In this document: in pieces, positions 38,801-44,250 of the stretch | Layout of the letters: every line of letters begins with the position of its first letter | How positions within the stretch are numbered: position 1 is the first letter of the stretch | Assembly: GCF_001194135.2 (NCBI RefSeq) | Contig: NC_068992.1 | Location: 20,431,192-20,475,441 of the forward strand | Direction of reading: 5' to 3' | DNA from: Octopus bimaculoides | Lineage: Eukaryota | DNA length: 44,250 bases | The notes under the pieces: generated by a model | The model's database searches: none | What the model was told of the DNA's origin: nothing | Seen by the model: the letters and a program-made list of their open reading frames with translations, nothing else | Position numbers and translations under genes: made by a program

Positions 38801-39489
38801 ACTAAGAATACAACTCGCAAAGCGAGAAAGAAAATGATGTTTCAACTAATAATTAAACTACACCGCTCTAGTTTACAAACTTGCTTCTTGCTGGTGATTA
38901 TATAAACCGGTAGGCAATAAGATAACAATAAGAAAGCATTTTTTCATTAAATGCCTTCATGCTCCTATGATAAATATGAATGTGTTGGTATATGATATTT
39001 AATTCGGAGACTTTTAATTCTGCCTATTTTCATAAATATATTAGCTTGCATACACCAGTCACAAACTTCAGCTAAATAGCTACGCTTCCTACTTCACCAC
39101 AAGTACTCAGGAGTTCAGCTGAGAAGTAACAGAGTTTTACCATTCGCTATCTCTGGTCTTTCGAAGAGGAAATGAGCAAAATATGTTTGGTAAAACTCAA
39201 ATTAAAAACTTCAAAATTATGTTTATATGCATATACACACATACCATACTCAGGCGCACACGCACGAACACACAAACACGCGCGCGCACATGCATATATA
39301 TATGCATGTGTGCGCTTGTGCGCATGTATAAGTTACTACCTTAGGAACGTGAGCTGAATACCATTACCACTAAGCTACCACCTCCATATACAAACACACA
39401 CATACACACGCTAACACACACACATCATATATATATGTATATATATGCATGTTGCGTGTGTATGTGTGTGAGTATAAAAAATATTTCTA

Positions 39490-39652
39490 GTTATCTACCC
39501 ATCCATTCATCTATCTATCTATCAATCTATCTATCTGTCTGTCTGTCTGTCTGTCTGCTACATATCTATCTATATGTCCGTGTGTCTGTCTGTTTATCTA
39601 TTTATCTATCTATCTGTCTGTATGTTTGTATATCTATCTATCTATCTAACTT

Positions 39653-39691
<39 letters not shown>

Positions 39692-39692
39692 G
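39490..39692. repeat. (TATC)/(TGTC) compound microsatellite
   Basis: Directly visible. Confidence 0.95.
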
Positions 39693-39750
39693 TCACCGAA
39701 AAAACAATAGGGCCACACAACACACATACATAGACACCCCTTTTATCCTA

Positions 39751-40177
39751 TGTGGCAGTAGAGATAGGAACAAATGTAATTTCTCCAATAGATGTAAGAC
39801 AGATAATATAGTTTACCAATGTGATGTACAAACAAACAGCCACATTAATCTTACATTGGTGCAACGAAAAACCAAATACGCTTTAGATATAACGAGCACC
39901 TTTCGAGTTTTAAAAACAGAAATAAGGCAAATTCTACAGTGCTTAGTATGTATATCTGGGAACTAAACGACAATAAGATAGAATATAAGAATATAAACTA
40001 AAGTGGCACATACTAAAAGTAGCTAATTCCTATAACCCAACTAACAGACGCTGCCAACTCTGTTTAACCGAGTGCCTCGAAATCCTAACGGCTACGAACG
40101 ACCTATTAAACAGGAGATATGAATCTAGTCTAATCTGTATTCACGCTACTAAATACTCATTCTCTAAGTATAATTAA
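39751..40177 (+). pseudogene. Penelope-like element GIY-YIG endonuclease domain (about 3 frameshifts)
   Basis: Joining frames gives CGSRDRNKCNFSNRCKTDNIVYQCDVQTN / SYIGATK / IRFRYNEHLSSFKNRNKANSTVLSMYIWELNDNKIEY / KLKWHILKVANSYNPTNRRCQLCLTECLEILTATNDLLNRRYESSLICIH...*. The VY..YIG, R..EH, CxLCLxE and LN motifs are typical of PLE endonucleases. Confidence 0.88.
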
Positions 40178-40620
40178 ATATATAATACATCACACCTCCT
40201 AAGCAAAACTAAATTTGCATAAAATAACTTTCCTTCTAGGTATTATTAATTATAAGTAGTTACGAATAAGACCAAAGTTAGCTCCCTTTTCACCTAAATT
40301 TAGGGTTGCTTCCCTGTACTAACACCGCCGGTGCTATAAATATACGACGCATCCCGCAATTATAGAATCACGTGGAGATGCATTTGACTAAAACTGGAAC
40401 AATGAGCTTAAATAGCACCCATCCTACATCCCCTTACAGGAAGACCAACACAACTCCAANNNNNNNNNNACATCCCCTTACAGGAAGACCAACACAACTC
40501 CAACTAAAACGTAAGGCTTTCTTCACCTATCGCTACTATTACACCACCACATACATTAATACGCCCACTAATCACTTCTCCTACATTTCGCACATCACAA
40601 ACTCTGGACATACTCCTCAA

Positions 40621-40672
40621 CATTCTGATGAGATCTGCCAAACCACTGGCTTGATTGAAACGTACGTAAATG
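40621..40672 (+). ncRNA. Minimal type I hammerhead ribozyme, catalytic core intact
   Basis: CATT [stem I] CTGATGA GATC-T-GCC-AAACCACT-GGC-TT-GATT [stem II, closed by G-U] GAA ACG-TA-CGT [stem III, palindrome ACGTACGT] A, then AATG [stem I partner]. Cleavage triplet GUA at 40666-40668. Confidence 0.8.
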
Positions 40673-41267
40673 ACTATTGCATAACATACACAATGACTCA
40701 CGACATAACCTCAACCTCCACAATGACTCATCACATAACCTCCACGTAATAAAACAGCGGCTAACTAGTCCAACAGTATTGCTTTTTCTTGTATTTGTTG
40801 CTCCATTCTCCACATAAATATATATACATATCAATGCCGATATAGATACATAAACGTGGGCGCACATAAACACTTATACTACGTGTGAAATCAGTTGGTT
40901 TCTTTCAAAATTCTGGAATAGTAAGATTTAACGCAGGTTTTTCTTTCTTGATTTTCTGTAGGTGGCAACGTTTGATATGTAAATAGGAAAAAAAACTTCT
41001 CCATCACAGACAGCATTGTCTGGTAAAATAAGACAAAAGATTGCGATAATGAATATGATAATCTTTAAAAATTGCTGAACAAAACGAGCTATCACAACAA
41101 AACTGCACCAATATTTATCTTACATCAATATACAGCAAGTCTCTTAACTATCTTCAGAATTGTTTTATTTGGAAGTAAAACATATAATTTGTTTGATATA
41201 GCAATTTAATTGTATTTATGTACTTTAGTTACATTCAGCTGTCTGGTCGCTAAAATACATTAACGTT

Positions 41268-41271
<4 letters not shown>

Positions 41272-41324
<53 letters not shown>

Positions 41325-41342
41325 NNNNNNNNNNCCACATAC

Positions 41343-41374
<32 letters not shown>

Positions 41375-41424
41375 ATACATGTATATACACATATATGAAC
41401 ATATATTTATATTATGCTTATATG

Positions 41425-41494
<70 letters not shown>

Positions 41495-41623
41495 CCGTGT
41501 ACATATATATACACATTTCTGAACATATATTTATATTATACTTCTATGTTTATATATATATATAGATATATATGCATATATATATATATGTAAACATATA
41601 AGCATAATATAAATATAGGTTCA

Positions 41624-41655
<32 letters not shown>

Positions 41656-41700
41656 AACATAGAAGCATAATATAAATATGTGTTAATAAATGTGTATATA
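41272..41700. repeat. (CA)n/(TA)n region containing four copies of a ~45-bp unit, two direct and two inverted
   Basis: Unit AACATATATTTATATTATGCTTATATGTT at about 41383-41426 and 41508-41552; reverse-complement copies at about 41593-41637 and 41653-41698. Confidence 0.85.
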
Positions 41701-42876
41701 TATATATATCCACATAGGTACATGCAAACGTGTGTATATGTGTTAGTGTCTGTGCGTGTGTGCGCGCGCGAGTGTGTGCGCGCGCGAGTGTGTGTATAAA
41801 CTTTAGTTCGTTTTAAAGTCCTCCCACCAGCCACTACCAAGTTAGTTGAAGCTATTTGTTATAATATATAGAGCTACTATAGTCATAACAGCTGCTACAC
41901 TTTTACGACAAATTTACTGAAATTTCTGGCACATTTCCATAATTGCTATCGTAATGTTTTTATTCAAGCAGAGCCTAATTTGTTAATATGTCCCTCAGCT
42001 CTCTTGGTGTATTTCTATATTGGAAGATTTGCAATGCACAGTAAGGCTCCACAATATGATATTCGGTGAGGAAGGCACTGGTTGACTAAGCGATCTGAAT
42101 AGTTTGGTGGATAATGATTATTAGTCAGGCAATTCCCGATCTGTTAAACCGTTTCCTCAGCCTGCAAAAATGCTAATAAAGGGAAGTAACTTATAATTGT
42201 TGTTCTTGATTAATTTGAGTTTTGCTCTCGTTGCCTTAATGTGTGTTGGAGAGCATTTCGTATTTAGCTGTCCCATCTTGCAAGAGAGTCAAGGATTATG
42301 TTCTCCAATATATTCCTCTCTGTTTAAAACAGTTCAGAATGGCATAGAGATGCTGTAGCTGCACGATAGCAATTTGTATGATGCAATGATGAGACCATTA
42401 TTGAGAATAGGCTAGCAACGAAATTTCTGCTGGAACCAGTAAAATAAATGAAATATGTAATTAGACAAATAAGAATATTAATAATGAAATATCAATAATA
42501 AAAGTTGTGATATTATTTAAACCAGTTGGGTATTGACACAAGCAAGCAAACAGATCGTTAATGTGACCAATGAGACATGTAATGGAAACGGTGATATTAC
42601 TAATGTGTAGACAATTATAAGGTTAGTATGAAACTAGCAGACGACTGAATCTCCAAATGAGAGTAGTATTGTAAGCAGTAATGAATTATAGGAGCAGTTA
42701 GTATTTCTGAGGCTTCTATAAAACTGCTATCAACAATGAAAGAAGTAATAATAGTAATATTTAGGACAAGATTAATGAGATTAGAGTGATAACGCCAACA
42801 TTTAAAGCTGGAATAATACGATGCTTACGAAACTACATCTAATAACAAATCAAGCAAATTGATCTGTAATCTATAT

Positions 42877-43066
42877 AATAATCCTTTCTAATACAGGCAC
42901 ACAAGCTGAAATTATGGGGGGCATCAACTGATATCTATTTCATCGAACCCGAAAAGGTAAAATGCAAATTAGACTACGGCGGAATTTGAACACTAAAAGT
43001 ATAGATGGATTGAATATCGCGAAGCCTTTAGTCCGACACATTAAGGAATCTGCCAACTCACCGCCT
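42877..43066 (-). mobile_element. tRNA-derived SINE family 2 copy
   Basis: Minus strand AGGCGGTGAGTTGGCAGATTCC (head), GTGTTCAAATTCCGCC (B box), TGTGCCTGTATTAGAAAGGATTATT tail. Confidence 0.8.
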
Positions 43067-44250
43067 TATTAATGTGTATAATATCAACAATGTTTAGAGG
43101 TATAACAAGCCTCACGTATTAGCAAAAAATTACTGAGAATGAAGTGTTTGATGTGGATTTGTCAGCCCGAAATGTGCACAAATGTACTTATATTATCCGT
43201 GAATTTGCGTGTGTATACTGGGAATGCCTACAATGAGCTTCTCTGCCCTAGGTGTACGGAAAACACTCGGCGAGAAATGGAAGAAAATTTGAAGAAAGAA
43301 GAAGAAAATTGAAGATTTACCTCCCCTTTACTGAAAAATACTTTGGTTTCCAATTACCGACTCACCAACAAACAAAATTTCTAATTTCGAATTGCATCTT
43401 ACACACAAATTTTGAAAAGTTTCCGGGAAACCGGTCATTTTATTAGTGGAAAAAAAAATCTTATGTTGTATAATATTTTATAATACTTTGCCATGGCAAT
43501 TGAAATATATTCTTTAGTCGCCTAAAACAAATCTTCTGTGTTTTTTTCTTTTTATTTATTTCCTTGTATATTCAAACATGTATAATCACCAAGCACACTT
43601 CTTCACTCATACATATATATATAAACATATATATATATATATATAAATATATATATATAAAAGAGACAGGGAGAGAGAGTATCAGCTAATGACACATAAG
43701 CCAAACAGCTGATCTCTTCGGTATTCATATATGAAAATATATACATGGATACATACACTCTCACACACATACACATGCACACATACACGTATATATTTTG
43801 CAATCTACAATTCTTACCTTATTTAAGAAAGCCACAATAATGAGGTTATCTTTTTCAGAAAGCATCTCGTGAAGGGGTGTAGCGCTAAAGAGCACAATAT
43901 TGTTGGTAATAGATAAAACGTGTCCAGCAACGATAGTAAAATTGCTTGAACACGGGATTTCTCCGCATCCCAGCGAGATGATTCCTCAAGAGAAATACCG
44001 ACGAATTGTGGTTTTATACAACATGTCTATCTTAAAGGATGTATGCAGATTGCTATACGAACACGTACACACGCACACATCGAACGATGGTTCAACTGGC
44101 TGAAACTTCGAAATCATTGTCAAAAACAATCCTCTTTAAGAGTAATACATTTGTTCTATTCAAAAGCGTTGTGTAAACCCTGAGATATATGTAGAATTAC
44201 TTTTGATATGATTAAACGTAGAAGCACATTCACGTGTGTATATATATATA

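Larger units (their letters stand above)
39751..40760 (+). mobile_element. 3' end of a Penelope-like retroelement: endonuclease, 3' UTR/pLTR and hammerhead
   Basis: GIY-YIG remnant followed about 450 bp later, on the same strand, by a hammerhead motif. The right boundary is uncertain. Confidence 0.7.

Noticed and set aside
40372-40640. Peptide fragments (RKTNTT, TNHFS, LWT) recalling the C-terminus of I-group LINE ORF2
   Set aside because: Needs several frameshifts in C/A-rich sequence, and the position between a GIY-YIG domain and a hammerhead favours a Penelope 3' region.
29733-42066. A plus-strand gene built from candidate exons (about 29733-29809, 31311-31338, 35026-35103, 40962-40978, 41999-42066)
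   Set aside because: Splice-like signals exist, but phases do not chain into a recognisable protein; expected by chance in AT-rich DNA. Needs RNA-seq.
44084-44112. CGAACGATGGTTCAACTGGCTGAAAC as a decayed hammerhead or PLE end
   Set aside because: The core needs two or more changes, the stems are weak, and there is no stem I or III support.
1-44250. CRISPR arrays, rRNA, operons or other prokaryotic systems
   Set aside because: No regularly spaced repeats with unique spacers and no gene-dense region; the sequence is eukaryotic and repeat-rich.

Overview
AT-rich, repeat-dense eukaryotic non-coding DNA from a gapped assembly (13 N-runs, about 3.2 kb in total, most flanked by (TA)n). The SINE sequences and the (TA)n/(CA)n/(TAGA)n/(ATT)n load suggest a coleoid cephalopod, probably Octopus; this is inference from remembered repeat sequences, not a search. 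I can support no host protein-coding gene: the ORF track is almost all microsatellite, N-gap or transposon-derived. Supported content: (1) about a dozen tRNA-derived SINE copies or fragments in 4 families, one with an 11-bp TSD; (2) an RTE-clade LINE reverse-transcriptase remnant (14887-16026) with an 11-bp TSD and a twin-priming-type 5' inversion; (3) a Penelope-like GIY-YIG endonuclease pseudogene (39751-40177) followed by a minimal type I hammerhead ribozyme motif with an intact core and a palindromic stem III (40621-40672); (4) four further decayed hammerhead-like motifs in Penelope-type pLTR remnants (10226-10270 +, 10481-10567 -, 34321-34390 -, 34490-34580 +); (5) a small hAT-like MITE and many simple repeats. 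The ribozyme-bearing Penelope remnants and the inverted RTE are the most notable features; both classes are known in general but are invisible in the ORF track.
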